64,000 nucleotides of DNA. Origin: Candidatus Cloacimonadales bacterium. GTDB taxonomy: Bacteria; Cloacimonadota; Cloacimonadia; Cloacimonadales; JAFGVF01. Under the pieces are notes generated by a model. The model was not told the DNA's origin and did no database searches. It saw only the letters and a list, made by a program, of their open reading frames with translations. A program made the translations under genes and the position numbers. Shown here in pieces: positions 1 through 10,280 of the stretch (the stretch's first letter is position 1; every line of letters starts with the position of its first letter). The stretch lies in assembly GCA_963663475.2 (NCBI GenBank), contig CAXXJV010000001.1:512001-576000 (forward strand). The letters run 5' to 3'.

Positions 1-1056
1 GTTGTAGCAAATTTAGCCAATAGGTATCTTGGCCATGAAGTTGGATCTTACCAAGAAGTTAAGCCACTCGCAGATGTTAATATGCACCAATCAACAAATG
101 ATGTTTATCCTACAGCTCTCAGAATTGCAGTCCTCCACTTGCTCAAAGATTTAGAAAAAGATTTAGCAGAGCTACAAGAAGCTTTGCAAAGTAAAGAACA
201 AGAATTTCATGATATTATCAAAATTGGTAGAACCCAATTACAAGAAGCAGTTCCAATGACCTTAGGTATGGAGTTTTCTGCCTATGCAGAAGCTATTTCC
301 CGCGATAGATGGAGAATCTTCAAATGTAGGGAAAGAATCAAAGTTCTTAACCTGGGAGGAACAGCTATCGGAACAGGAGTAGGTGCACCACAAAAGTACA
401 TCTTTAAAGTTGTAGAGAATCTTAAGGAAATTACAGGACTTGTCATTGCAAGATCAGAGAATCTAGTTGAAACTACTCAAAATCTTGATCCTTTTGTTGA
501 AATATCTGGCATGATAAAGACTCTTGGGGTTAATCTCTATAAAATTAGTAATGATCTAAGATTATTATCTAGCGATTTAGGCGAAATTAATCTACCTGCC
601 TTACAGAGTGGGTCCACAATAATGCCTACTAAAATAAACCCTGTCATGCCTGAAGCAGTCTCACAAGTAGCACTTAAAGTCATGACCAATGATTCTCTGC
701 TTACCAATGCTTCAGCCTTAGGAAACTTAGAGCTAAATCACTTTATGCCTCTCATAGCTTATACTATTCTTGAATCTCTGGAAATCTTACATAATGTAAT
801 ACCCCTCTTTCAAAATAAATGCATCTTAGGTATTACTGCTAACCCTGAAATCTGCAAGCAAAAACTATTGCAAAGTAGGACTATTGCTACTATCTTTGTT
901 CCAATCTTAGGCTATGCCAAAGTTGAAGAACTTATCAAAGAATCTATTAAAAATAAAATTAGTATGAGAGATTTAATTCTTCAAGAAAATTTATTGACTG
1001 AATCTCAAGTTGACGAATTACTCTCTCCCAAAAGAATGTATAAGTTAGGATTTTGA
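1..1056 (+). CDS. aspA: Aspartate ammonia-lyase (fumarase/aspartase superfamily), 5'-truncated by the window
   Basis: Motifs QSTND, GRTQLQEA, GSTIMPTKINP. Frame is open back to base 1. Adjacent to hyd maturases. Confidence 0.88.
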   Translation, partial: VVANLANRYLGHEVGSYQEVKPLADVNMHQSTNDVYPTALRIAVLHLLKDLEKDLAELQEALQSKEQEFHDIIKIGRTQLQEAVPMTLGMEFSAYAEAISRDRWRIFKCRERIKVLNLGGTAIGTGVGAPQKYIFKVVENLKEITGLVIARSENLVETTQNLDPFVEISGMIKTLGVNLYKISNDLRLLSSDLGEINLPALQSGSTIMPTKINPVMPEAVSQVALKVMTNDSLLTNASALGNLELNHFMPLIAYTILESLEILHNVIPLFQNKCILGITANPEICKQKLLQSRTIATIFVPILGYAKVEELIKESIKNKISMRDLILQENLLTESQVDELLSPKRMYKLGF

Positions 1057-1196
1057 CCCTGATAATCTTGGTGAACTTTGAAAATTTCCCCAAGAATTAT
1101 TTGGGATAAAAGCAATATTATAAAAATTTCAATACTTATCGAATAGAGATATTTTTACTTTAAGACTAATATCTCTTTCTATATATAGGAGAAAAA

Positions 1197-2267
1197 ATGA
1201 AAGACTATAACTGGGATAACTTATCCAAAGAAGAAATGATAGAATTAATGTCCAGCAATGATAAACAATTATTGCAAAAACTCTACGATGAAGCTTATAA
1301 AGTCAAATTAAAATACGTTGGTAAGACTGTTTATTTTCGCGGTCTAGTTGAGTTTAGTAATATCTGCACCAAGGATTGTCTCTACTGCGGCATTAGAAAA
1401 GGTAATAATAAGGTAGATAGATACTGCCTTTCTAAGGAAGATATCCTCCGCTCTGCCAAATGGGCTTATGATCATAATTATGCCTCCTTTGTTCTGCAAT
1501 CAGGTGAAAGGACAGACGAAGAGTTTGTCTCTTTTGTAGAAGACGTCCTATATACAATCAAAGATAAATATGGACTTGGTGTTACCCTCTCTCTAGGAGA
1601 AGAAAGTCGTGAGACCTATAGAAGATGGAGAAAAGCAGGGGCTAGTCGTTACTTGCTCAGAATTGAATCATCCAACCCTGAAATCTACAAACTCATTCAT
1701 CCTGAAGATTGCGACTTCCAAAAAAGACTGCAAGCTATTGAAGACTTAAGAGCTGAAGATTACCAAGTTGGAACCGGTGTTATGATTGGCTTACCTACTC
1801 AAACATCTCAAGACTTAATAAATGACATCCTCTTCTTCAAAGAACATGATATCGATATGATCGGTATGGGACCCTATATAGTTCATCACGACACCCCTAT
1901 GGCTGCTATGATGAAAGATTATGATCCTAAACACCAACTAGAACTCGGTCTAAAGATGATAGCACTAACCAGACTCTACCTCAAAGATGTTAATATCGCC
2001 TCTACAACTGCCCTCCAAACTTTAGACCCCTTAGGTAGAGAAAGAGGACTACTAGCAGGAGCTAACATCTGCATGCCAGTTGTCTATGAATCTGAAAACA
2101 GAAAAAACTACCTACTCTACGACAATAAACCTGCCCTGACTGAAACAAGTGAAGAAAATATGAAAGCCTTTGAAAAATCTATTCATAGAATCGGCGAAGA
2201 TATTGGTTACGGTGTTATGGGTAACTCTCCTCACTACAAGAAAAGAAAAGGAGAAATCAATGGCTAA
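1197..2267 (+). CDS. hydE: [FeFe]-hydrogenase maturase HydE (radical SAM)
   Basis: CTKDCLYC radical-SAM motif, YLLYDNK C-terminal motif, overlaps hydF start, RBS GGAG. Confidence 0.9.
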   Translation: MKDYNWDNLSKEEMIELMSSNDKQLLQKLYDEAYKVKLKYVGKTVYFRGLVEFSNICTKDCLYCGIRKGNNKVDRYCLSKEDILRSAKWAYDHNYASFVLQSGERTDEEFVSFVEDVLYTIKDKYGLGVTLSLGEESRETYRRWRKAGASRYLLRIESSNPEIYKLIHPEDCDFQKRLQAIEDLRAEDYQVGTGVMIGLPTQTSQDLINDILFFKEHDIDMIGMGPYIVHHDTPMAAMMKDYDPKHQLELGLKMIALTRLYLKDVNIASTTALQTLDPLGRERGLLAGANICMPVVYESENRKNYLLYDNKPALTETSEENMKAFEKSIHRIGEDIGYGVMGNSPHYKKRKGEING

Positions 2268-3471
2268 AGTACCTAGAGGAGAAAGACTAGTCTTAACCTT
2301 AATCGGTAAGAGAAATGCAGGGAAATCTTCTCTGATTAATGCCATGACTGGCCAAGATATTTCAATTGTTTCTGATACTCCAGGAACAACAACAGACCCT
2401 GTAGCTAAAGCCTATGAACTCCTTCCCCTAGGTCCAGTAACAATCTATGATACTGCTGGACTAGATGATGTAGGTGATTTAGGCCTACAAAGAGTTAAAA
2501 AAACTCGTAAGATTCTCTTTAGAACCGATCTTGCTATTATTGTTACTGATTCTTCCTGTTTTGATTCTGATTTAGAAAACTTAGTTAATAACCTTAAAGA
2601 TATGAAGGTCCCTTTTATTATTGCTTTTAATAAGAATGACCTCAAACCACTTCCTAAAGAAACAAGAGACTACTGCAAAGAAAATTCTATTGCCTATGCT
2701 TCTGTTTCTGGAAAATCAGGCGCTGGAGTTAGAATCCTAAAAGAAAAATTAGTTACCCTCCTTCCTTCCAGCCTTACCCACGAAAACAACTTAGTTTCAG
2801 ACCTGCTCCGCCCTGGTCAATTAGTTGTCTTAGTTGTTCCTATTGATTTAGCTGCTCCCAAAGGCAGACTAATCCTTCCCCAAGTGCAAGTTTTAAGAGA
2901 AGTTTTAGACTCTGATGCCATTGGTATTATAGTTAAAGAAAGAGAACTTGAAAAAGCTTTAGCTGGTTTAAGTAGAAAACCAGACCTAGTTATTACCGAT
3001 TCTCAAGTTGTCCTCAAAGTTATTGGAGACTTACCTCCTGATGTGAGATTTACAACCTTCTCTACCCTATTTGCTCGCTACAAAGGAGACTTCGAAACAC
3101 TTGTGGAAGGAGCTAAAGCTATTGATACCTTAAAAGATGGTTCTAAAATCCTAATCGCTGAAGCCTGCTCACATCACCTGCAAGCTGATGATATTGGAAC
3201 TGTTAAAATACCTCGCTGGATGAGACAGTTTACAGGTAAAGAACTAATCTTTGAAAAAAGTGCTGGTAATGACTTCCCAGAAAACTTAGAAGATTATGAC
3301 CTAGTTCTTCACTGTGGATCTTGTATGCTGAATCAGATTGAAATGAAACGTAGGATTATGGAATGCCAAAGACGTGGAATTCCTATCTCTAATTATGGCG
3401 TGACTATTTCTAAACTACATGGTGTTTTAGATAGAGTGATTGAACCATTCTATCTTAAAAAAGAAAATTAA
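2260..3471 (+). CDS. hydF: [FeFe]-hydrogenase maturation GTPase HydF
   Basis: GKRNAGKSS, DTAG, NKND GTPase motifs; EACSHH and HCGSCML FeS ligands. Start moved to ATG 2260 after AGGAG. Confidence 0.93.
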   Translation: MAKVPRGERLVLTLIGKRNAGKSSLINAMTGQDISIVSDTPGTTTDPVAKAYELLPLGPVTIYDTAGLDDVGDLGLQRVKKTRKILFRTDLAIIVTDSSCFDSDLENLVNNLKDMKVPFIIAFNKNDLKPLPKETRDYCKENSIAYASVSGKSGAGVRILKEKLVTLLPSSLTHENNLVSDLLRPGQLVVLVVPIDLAAPKGRLILPQVQVLREVLDSDAIGIIVKERELEKALAGLSRKPDLVITDSQVVLKVIGDLPPDVRFTTFSTLFARYKGDFETLVEGAKAIDTLKDGSKILIAEACSHHLQADDIGTVKIPRWMRQFTGKELIFEKSAGNDFPENLEDYDLVLHCGSCMLNQIEMKRRIMECQRRGIPISNYGVTISKLHGVLDRVIEPFYLKKEN

Positions 3472-3477
3472 TTTAAA

Positions 3478-3537
3478 TCCCCTTTCAGCTCATCAAAACA
3501 GTATGAAAGGGGTGCCGTAAGGCGGGGAGAGTAAACA
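3478..3537 (+). repeat. Diverged single copy of the 71-bp GC-rich repeat also at 4111-4252
   Basis: cccctttcagctc...gtatgaaaggggtgccgtaaggcggggagagtaaaca matches 4111-4181. Confidence 0.85.
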
Positions 3538-3540
3538 CAC

Positions 3541-3626
3541 AGACCGGAGTTCCTCAGCCGTAGGCAAGGGACTTCGGGCGAAAGAGTGTCGGAAGTCGCT
3601 ACTCCGTGAGCAACTCCCGTCACTCC
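3541..3626. repeat. Two imperfect GC-rich hairpins (REP-like); the first recurs inverted at about 15169-15210
   Basis: agaccggagttcctcagccgtaggcaagggacttcgg resembles the reverse complement of ccgaggtcctttacctaggttgaggaactccagtct. Confidence 0.65.
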
Positions 3627-3702
3627 TAATTAGGGTAAAGAATCTCTTTTTTTCTTATCAGTGTTTTCAGTTACTAAATCTTCTAACTAGTAGATTCTAA
3701 AA

Positions 3703-4072
3703 GGCTCAAGTTCAAGTCTGGTGTGGGAATAATATAGGAGAATGAGAATGTTTCATTAGAATATTGATTCATCAAAAATCCCTGAAAGGGATAAAATAAT
3801 TTAGCCCAGGGTAAGATGCTGAAAGTATTATCGCAACCCTGGGTAATGATGGCTAGCCCAAAGATATTACCCTGTAAGGGTTTAATAAAATGATAAATAA
3901 TGCATTATTTGGGATTATAATAAGTCTATGGTATATATGATGTTATTTAACCCTTTCAGGGTTAGGCTTTGTTTTTCATCACCAGTACCCAGGGTTGCAT
4001 TCCCTTCAGGAATTTACCCTGGGCTAAACTATTTATCCCCTTTTGGGGATTCAAGACTTATCCCCTCAAGAT
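3703..4072 (+). mobile_element. MITE-A/REPIN-like element, partial copy with one terminal repeat, inverted relative to 48110-48465
   Basis: Starts ggctcaagttcaagtctgg; near-identical to the reverse complement of 48110-48465; contains ccctgaaaggg and cccagggt...accctggg palindromes. Confidence 0.85.
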
Positions 4073-4110
4073 ACATAAAAAAGGTGTCCACTATATTGGT
4101 ACTTGACAAA

Positions 4111-4252
4111 CATTCCCCTTTCAGCTCGTAAGAGCGGTATGAGAGGGGTGCCGTTAGGCGGGGAGAGTAAACATTCCCCTTCATTCCCCTTTCAGCTCGT
4201 AAGAGCGGTATGAGAGGGGTGCCGTAAGGCGGGGAGAGTAAACATTCCCCTT
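4111..4252 (+). repeat. Two tandem copies of a 71-bp repeat
   Basis: cattcccctttcagctcgtaagagcggtatgagaggggtgccgt(t/a)aggcggggagagtaaacattcccctt starts at 4111 and 4182. Confidence 0.92.
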
Positions 4253-4297
4253 CATCTATCCTACTTTTATTTATTTTTCCCTTTTTTCTCTTCATTC

Positions 4298-4351
4298 TTA
4301 ACCCAATCTTAACACTCCACTTATATTTATTTAACATTTAATCAGTATAAA
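4298..4351 (+). promoter_or_regulatory. Putative Pho boxes and -10 element of the phosphate operon
   Basis: TTAACC 4298, TTAACA 4309, TTATAT 4321, TTAACA 4331 (about 11-bp period), then TATAAA 4346; directly upstream of porin-pst-phoBR. Confidence 0.65.
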
Positions 4352-4385
4352 CAAGTGAATCAAAAAAAAATAAGTGGAGTAAAAC

Positions 4386-5444
4386 ATGAATTTATCCAGA
4401 AAATTTTTCATTTTAATGTTGTTAGTTGTTGCAGTTCCTTTCCTTCTTGGTGCTATAGAAACCAAGCTTGAAATGGAGTTATGGAATCGTATGTCTTATG
4501 TAGATGATGGTAGTGATGCTGATCCAACAACTTCTTTCTCAGTAGATAGAGGTTATTTTACTTTAAAGCCTGCTTTATCAGAAAACATCTCTGCTAGATT
4601 TACTTTAGATTTTTTCTCATCAGATAAAGATGCTGATGCAAACGGTGCTGGAATCAAAATGAAATATGCTTATTTAGATTTCAAAAACTTTATACCTCTT
4701 CCAAAAGCTACATTATCTGTTGGTTTAACAAAGAACTATTTTGGTTATATCTATAGTTGGAAATATGAAACAATTGAAAAAGATCCTGCAGATTTATGGA
4801 AATTTGCTTCTTCTACTGATTATGGTATAGTTTTCTCAGGTCAAGTTCCTGCTGCTAAAATGACTTATAATCTTGGACTATATAATGGTGAAGGTTACAA
4901 GAAGAGTGGAGATAATGTTAATACAGAATATGCTTATCTAGCCAATGTTAGATTTAAACCTGTAGATATGTTAGAGCTTGGTGGTTCATTCTCAATGAAC
5001 AGTAAAAACAATCCTAATGATGATATGGGTGAAGAAAATCCTGATCATGAAGCTCACACTGCTTTTGCAGGTATGGCTAAATTTGACATGAAAGGTCTTA
5101 CTCTTCTAGGTCAATTCTTAGGCAAAACTGTTGAAAAAGATAATATGGACGATGCTGAAGATGTATCTTCACAAGCTATCTCTCTACTTGCTATGTACAA
5201 CTTAAAAGATGCAGCTGATCTCAATGTTGACCTTGTAGGTCGTTATGATATGTATGATCCTAACACAGATACAGATGATGATGGCAAGAATCTCATGTTA
5301 TTTGGTTTCAACTATCATATCCAAAAGAATGTCCAAGTTCAAGCAAACTATCAAATCACTTCTCATGAAAATGAAGACCTTGAAGATGTTTCAGCTTTAA
5401 TGCTTCAATTACGTTATAGCTTTAAGAACCTTTTAGGTAACTAG
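4386..5444 (+). CDS. Outer-membrane beta-barrel porin, probably phosphate-selective (OprO/P-like by context)
   Basis: Signal peptide, amphipathic strands, MKYAYLDF and YNGEG motifs, C-terminal QLRYSF; first gene of pst operon. Confidence 0.7.
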   Translation: MNLSRKFFILMLLVVAVPFLLGAIETKLEMELWNRMSYVDDGSDADPTTSFSVDRGYFTLKPALSENISARFTLDFFSSDKDADANGAGIKMKYAYLDFKNFIPLPKATLSVGLTKNYFGYIYSWKYETIEKDPADLWKFASSTDYGIVFSGQVPAAKMTYNLGLYNGEGYKKSGDNVNTEYAYLANVRFKPVDMLELGGSFSMNSKNNPNDDMGEENPDHEAHTAFAGMAKFDMKGLTLLGQFLGKTVEKDNMDDAEDVSSQAISLLAMYNLKDAADLNVDLVGRYDMYDPNTDTDDDGKNLMLFGFNYHIQKNVQVQANYQITSHENEDLEDVSALMLQLRYSFKNLLGN

Positions 5445-5470
5445 TTTAAATAGAAAATTAGGAGATAATA

Positions 5471-6319
5471 ATGAAATTTACTAAAATCATCCTCACCTTA
5501 GTAGCAATAGCAGCTATAGCAATGTTTGTAGCTTGTGATAACACAAAAGAAATGCAAGGAACTTCTGATTTAGAAGGCAAAATCACCATGTCAGGTTCAA
5601 CAACAGTTTTACCTATAGCTCAAGCCTGTGCAGAAGAATTTATGAATCAAAACCCAAAAGTAAACATCTCTGTTAGAGGTGGTGGTTCTTCTATCGGTAT
5701 CAAAGATATCATGGCAGGAACAGTAGAAATTGGTAATGCTTCTAGAGATGCTAAAGAAAAAGAAATTAAAAAAGCTAAAGCTCAAGGTATTGAATTATAC
5801 CAAAATATTGTAGCTAATGATGGTATCGCTCTTATAGTTAATCCTAAAAATACTATAACAAACTTAACTATCGAGCAAATTCAAGATATCTATACTGGCA
5901 AAGTTACTAATTGGAAAGAACTTGGCGGACCAGATATGAATATCGTTATTATCTCTCGCGACACTTCTTCAGGTACTTATGAAGTATTCTATGAAATTGC
6001 TATGAAAAAACAAAATATCGTTCAAAACTGTATTATGGTTGCTTCTAATAATGCTGCAGTTACTTCAGTGAAAGACACTCCTGGTGCTATTGCTTATGCT
6101 GGTTTAGGCTATCTTTCATCTTCAGTAAAACCTGTCCAAGTTAATGGTGTAGATCCTACTTTTGAGAATGTCTTATCAGGAGCTTATCCAGTAGCTCGTA
6201 AATTAAACATGTACACTAATGGTGCTCCTCAAGGTATAACTAAGAAATTCATTGACTTTGTTCTTTCTGCTGAAGGCCAACAAGTTGTTGAAAAACAAGG
6301 ATTCATTAAAGTACAATAA
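5471..6319 (+). CDS. pstS: Phosphate ABC transporter substrate-binding lipoprotein
   Basis: Lipobox FVAC, SGSTT, GGGSS, RDTSSGT. Confidence 0.93.
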   Translation: MKFTKIILTLVAIAAIAMFVACDNTKEMQGTSDLEGKITMSGSTTVLPIAQACAEEFMNQNPKVNISVRGGGSSIGIKDIMAGTVEIGNASRDAKEKEIKKAKAQGIELYQNIVANDGIALIVNPKNTITNLTIEQIQDIYTGKVTNWKELGGPDMNIVIISRDTSSGTYEVFYEIAMKKQNIVQNCIMVASNNAAVTSVKDTPGAIAYAGLGYLSSSVKPVQVNGVDPTFENVLSGAYPVARKLNMYTNGAPQGITKKFIDFVLSAEGQQVVEKQGFIKVQ

Positions 6320-6350
6320 TAAACCCACAAGTGATAAATAGAAGAAACAA

Positions 6351-6384
6351 TGAAACCCGAGTTATGATCTTCGCTCGGGTTTCA
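6351..6384 (+). terminator. Stem-loop between pstS and pstC (partial terminator or mRNA stabiliser)
   Basis: tgaaacccgag...ctcgggtttca, 11-bp inverted repeat. Confidence 0.6.
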
Positions 6385-6426
6385 CTCAAATTAGCTTAGT
6401 ATTATTTTGAATAAAAAAGGAAAAGT

Positions 6427-7293
6427 ATGAAAAATTTTAAAGAAATCCTTTTTAAAAGTCTTACCTATTTTGCTGCAATATTTTCTATTCTAGCACTATT
6501 TGGTATCATATCTACTCTCTTCATTGAAGGCTTACCAATGTTTAAAGAAGTTTCCTTTAGGGAATTCTTTCTTTCGACTAAATGGTATCCTACTAATGAA
6601 CATCAAAGTTTTGGAGCATTAGCTTTGCTTATTGGTTCCGTAACAGTTACCTTAGGAGCCTTAATTATAGCTATTCCTATAGGTCTAGGCTCAGCTATCT
6701 ACTTATCTGAAATAGCTGGTTCTAGAACAAAAGAAATTGTCAAGCCTATGATTGAATTACTTGCTGGTATCCCTTCAGTTGTTTATGGTCTTTTTGGTAT
6801 GGCCTTTTTAGCACCCTTCTTAATTCGCACATTGGGAATAGATTCTGGACTTAACATTTTCACTGCCAGTATTGTTTTAGGAATTATGATTATCCCTATT
6901 ATTTCCAGCATGTCAGAAGATGCACTTTCAACTGTGCCAAGAGCTCTTAGAGAAGCTTCCTACGGACTTGGTGCTACTAAATGGGAAACAATAACAAGAG
7001 TGGTAGTTCCTGCTGCTAAAACTGGCATTATGGGGTCTTTTGTCCTAGGATTTGGAAGAGCTATAGGTGAAACAATGGTTGTGATTATGGTTGCAGGTGG
7101 TGCTGCTCAAATACCTTCGTCAATCTTTGATCCTGTAAGGCCACTTACAACTTCTATTGCGGTTGAAATGGCAGAAACTGTCCTTGGCTCAATTCATTTC
7201 CACTCCCTCTTCGCTCTCGCTATTATGCTATTTATTATTACATTCATTACTAATCTTTTCACAGAATTATTTCTGTTTAAGAAAGTTAAATAA
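6427..7293 (+). CDS. pstC: Phosphate ABC transporter permease PstC
   Basis: ELLAGIPSVVYG, REASYGLGAT, GRAIGETM. Confidence 0.95.
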   Translation: MKNFKEILFKSLTYFAAIFSILALFGIISTLFIEGLPMFKEVSFREFFLSTKWYPTNEHQSFGALALLIGSVTVTLGALIIAIPIGLGSAIYLSEIAGSRTKEIVKPMIELLAGIPSVVYGLFGMAFLAPFLIRTLGIDSGLNIFTASIVLGIMIIPIISSMSEDALSTVPRALREASYGLGATKWETITRVVVPAAKTGIMGSFVLGFGRAIGETMVVIMVAGGAAQIPSSIFDPVRPLTTSIAVEMAETVLGSIHFHSLFALAIMLFIITFITNLFTELFLFKKVK

Positions 7294-7302
7294 GGAGTCC
7301 AA

Positions 7303-8157
7303 ATGAACACTAGAAAAATTAAAGAACAAGTAGGAGTTGGTTTTCTAAGACTTGGTGTCTTACTAACTGCTATTTTCCTAATTTCTTTTCTCTACATCAT
7401 TTTCTCTAAGGGTGGAGGAGTTTTAAGTTGGACTTTTTTAACTGATATTCCTAGAGAAGCAATGACCAGAGGTGGTATCTTCCCTGCCTTAATCGGTACA
7501 TTATACTTAACTCTTCTCTCTATTGCTATAGCTCTTCCATTAGGAGTTTTAACTGCTATTTATATGGTTCACTTAGCTAAGCCTTATTGGTTAATGAGAA
7601 TAGTTAGAATTGCGGTAAATACCCTTGCAGGTGTTCCATCAATAATCTATGGATTGTTTGGACTTACCCTCTTTGTAAGAATTATGAAATTAGAAGTTTC
7701 TCTCATTTCTGGAGCTCTTACTCTAGCAATCCTAGCCCTTCCTGTGATTATTAATGCCAGTGAAGAAGCAATTAGAAGTGTTCCAAGATCTTTTAGAGAA
7801 GGTTCTTTAGCTCTGGGTGCTACAGAAAGACAAACTATCATGAGAGTCATTGTTCCAACCGCTTTACCTAATATTTTAACTGGAGCAATTATTAGTATTG
7901 GTAGAGTTGCAGGTGAAACTGCTCCTATTATGTTTACTGCTGCGACCTTCTACTCTAGAATGCTTCCTACATCCCTTAAACATGAGGTTATGGCTCTCCC
8001 CTATCACATTTATGCCTTGATGACAGAAGGAGCTAAACCTGAACAACAAGTACCAATTGCTTATGGTACTGCTGTAGTTCTCTTAATATTAGTATTACTA
8101 GTTTCCACTAGTGCAATAATTATTAGATACAAAATAAGGAAAACAAGAAAATGGTAA
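7303..8157 (+). CDS. pstA: Phosphate ABC transporter permease PstA
   Basis: [28 protein letters not shown]. Confidence 0.95.
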   Translation: MNTRKIKEQVGVGFLRLGVLLTAIFLISFLYIIFSKGGGVLSWTFLTDIPREAMTRGGIFPALIGTLYLTLLSIAIALPLGVLTAIYMVHLAKPYWLMRIVRIAVNTLAGVPSIIYGLFGLTLFVRIMKLEVSLISGALTLAILALPVIINASEEAIRSVPRSFREGSLALGATERQTIMRVIVPTALPNILTGAIISIGRVAGETAPIMFTAATFYSRMLPTSLKHEVMALPYHIYALMTEGAKPEQQVPIAYGTAVVLLILVLLVSTSAIIIRYKIRKTRKW

Positions 8158-8909
8158 AAGAAATAATAAAAACAGAGAATTTGAAGTTATGGTTTAACGA
8201 TAACTACGTATTACATGATTTAGATTTTACAGTTCATGAAAAGAAGATTACAGCTTTAATTGGCCCTTCAGGTTGTGGGAAATCAACACTCTTAAGATCA
8301 TTTAACAGAATGAATGATTTAATACCTGAATGTAAAATTGAAGGCAAAATCCTTCTCGAAGGTAAAGATATTTATGATTCTAAAGCCGATGTAACTGAAG
8401 TCAGAACCCAAATTGGAATGGTTTTTCAAAGACCAAACCCCTTTCCTAAAAGTATCTATAATAATGTTGCTTATGGACTTCAAATTAGAGGGGAAAAAAG
8501 AAAATCTGTCTTAGACCAGGTAGTTGAGAAAAGTCTTAGAGATGCTTGGATTTGGGATGAAGTTAAAGATAGATTACATAGTTCAGCTTTATCTCTTTCC
8601 GGGGGACAGCAACAACGTCTATGTATTGCTAGGGCATTGGCTAATCAACCTAAAGTTCTCTTACTTGATGAACCTACTTCTGCCCTAGATCCAAAATCAA
8701 CTGCAAAAATAGAAGAATTATGTATTGACTTAAAAGATAAAGTAACTATATTGATAGTAACTCATAATATTGCCCAAGCAGGTAGAATATCAGACTATAC
8801 TACTTTCATGTATCTAGGGGATATTATAGAATTTGGCGAAACAAAAAGAGTATTTACAGTTCCTCAAGATAAAAGAACTGAAGACTATTTAACAGGCGTA
8901 TTTGGTTAA
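8151..8909 (+). CDS. pstB: Phosphate ABC transporter ATPase PstB
   Basis: [37 protein letters not shown]. Confidence 0.96.
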   Translation: MVKEIIKTENLKLWFNDNYVLHDLDFTVHEKKITALIGPSGCGKSTLLRSFNRMNDLIPECKIEGKILLEGKDIYDSKADVTEVRTQIGMVFQRPNPFPKSIYNNVAYGLQIRGEKRKSVLDQVVEKSLRDAWIWDEVKDRLHSSALSLSGGQQQRLCIARALANQPKVLLLDEPTSALDPKSTAKIEELCIDLKDKVTILIVTHNIAQAGRISDYTTFMYLGDIIEFGETKRVFTVPQDKRTEDYLTGVFG

Positions 8910-8931
8910 TATAACCATAAGGAGAAAGATA

Positions 8932-9585
8932 ATGTTAACACCAAAAATTATTGATTTAAAAAAAAGCTTAATGGACATGGCTGGATATGTTCAAAAAATG
9001 ATAGAATTATGTATTACTTCCATGGAAGATATGAACATTCTCATTCTTGATGATGTTGCGTATTACGAGAATAAAGTTAATAGACTAGAACTTGAAATTG
9101 ATGATAGATGTGCAGCTTTAATAGCACTCTATCAACCAGAGGCCAAAGACTTACGTTACATATTGATGATAATCAAAATGAACAATGATTTTGAACGTTT
9201 AGGTGATTTAGCTTATAAAATTGCAGACAGCCTAAAGGCAATGAAAGATGATTCCTTAATCTTTAGCATGCAAGAACTCTATGAAATGGCTAAGAAATCT
9301 TATTCTATGCTCAAAGATAGTATAATGGCCTTCACAGATGAAGATGTTGCGACATCGAAAAGCATTGGTGGTCGTGATAATGAAGTTGATGAATTATACG
9401 AAGATCTCTATAGTCATATCAAGAATATACTTAAAGATACTTCTAATAATATTGAACCTAGCTTACATATTTTAAGAATTGCTTCTAAGTTCGAAAGAAT
9501 AGCAGATTTAGCAACTAATATCGGAGAAAGTACTATTTATTTAGTAGAAGGAAGAGTAATTAAGCACCATAATCAGGAGAATTAA
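8932..9585 (+). CDS. phoU: Phosphate signalling protein PhoU
   Basis: QPEAKDLR, ERLGD, ERIADLATNI. Start moved to ATG 8932 after AAGGAG. Confidence 0.93.
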   Translation: MLTPKIIDLKKSLMDMAGYVQKMIELCITSMEDMNILILDDVAYYENKVNRLELEIDDRCAALIALYQPEAKDLRYILMIIKMNNDFERLGDLAYKIADSLKAMKDDSLIFSMQELYEMAKKSYSMLKDSIMAFTDEDVATSKSIGGRDNEVDELYEDLYSHIKNILKDTSNNIEPSLHILRIASKFERIADLATNIGESTIYLVEGRVIKHHNQEN

Positions 9586-10274
9586 TGGAAAATAAAAAAA
9601 CACTATTTGTAGTAGATGATGAACATGATATTTTAGAATTGTTAGAACTGCAATTAACAAAGGCAAGCTTCAATGTTAAGACCTTTGATAACGGTAATGA
9701 TTTCCTAGAAGAACTTAAGAGTCAAGCTCCTGATTTAGTGATTTTAGATCTTATGTTACCTGACATAGAAGGAACAGAAATCTGTAAAACTCTGCGTAAA
9801 TCAGAAAAATATAAAAGTCTTCCAATAATAATGCTGACTGCTAAAGGCGAAGAAGTTGATAAAATTCTTGGCCTAGAATTAGGAGCAGATGACTATATAG
9901 CCAAGCCATTTTCTCCTCGTGAATTAGTTGCCAGAATTAAGGCAGTGCTACGTAGATCAGAAATTAGCAAGAGCAACTCTGATTTTCTCACTATTGGTGA
10001 TATTTTACATATAGATAAAAGAAAATTTGAAGTTAAAATAAAGGGAGAGAAAGTATATCTTACAACTACAGAATTTAAGATTCTAGAATTACTAGCTTCT
10101 CATCCCAGCTGGGTTTTTTCTAGAGAACAAATCTTAAACCACCTGTGGGGAAATGATAAGATTGTTTTGGATAGGACAATAGATGTTCATATCAGAAATC
10201 TTCGTTCTAAAATTGGGCCAGTTGGAGATTATATTAAGAATATTCGCAGTGTAGGATATAAATTCGAGGTTTAA
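9585..10274 (+). CDS. phoB: OmpR/PhoB-family response regulator
   Basis: Receiver domain (VVDDE, DLMLP, KPF) plus winged helix (RTIDVHIRNLR); in pst operon. Confidence 0.88.
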   Translation: MENKKTLFVVDDEHDILELLELQLTKASFNVKTFDNGNDFLEELKSQAPDLVILDLMLPDIEGTEICKTLRKSEKYKSLPIIMLTAKGEEVDKILGLELGADDYIAKPFSPRELVARIKAVLRRSEISKSNSDFLTIGDILHIDKRKFEVKIKGEKVYLTTTEFKILELLASHPSWVFSREQILNHLWGNDKIVLDRTIDVHIRNLRSKIGPVGDYIKNIRSVGYKFEV

Positions 10275-10280
10275 AGTTTA

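Noticed and set aside
4111-4252. CRISPR array
   Set aside because: Only two contiguous 71-bp units with no unique spacers; no cas genes
3928-4337. ORFs 3928-4131 and 4029-4337 as genes
   Set aside because: They lie almost entirely within palindromic repeat elements and show no protein motifs
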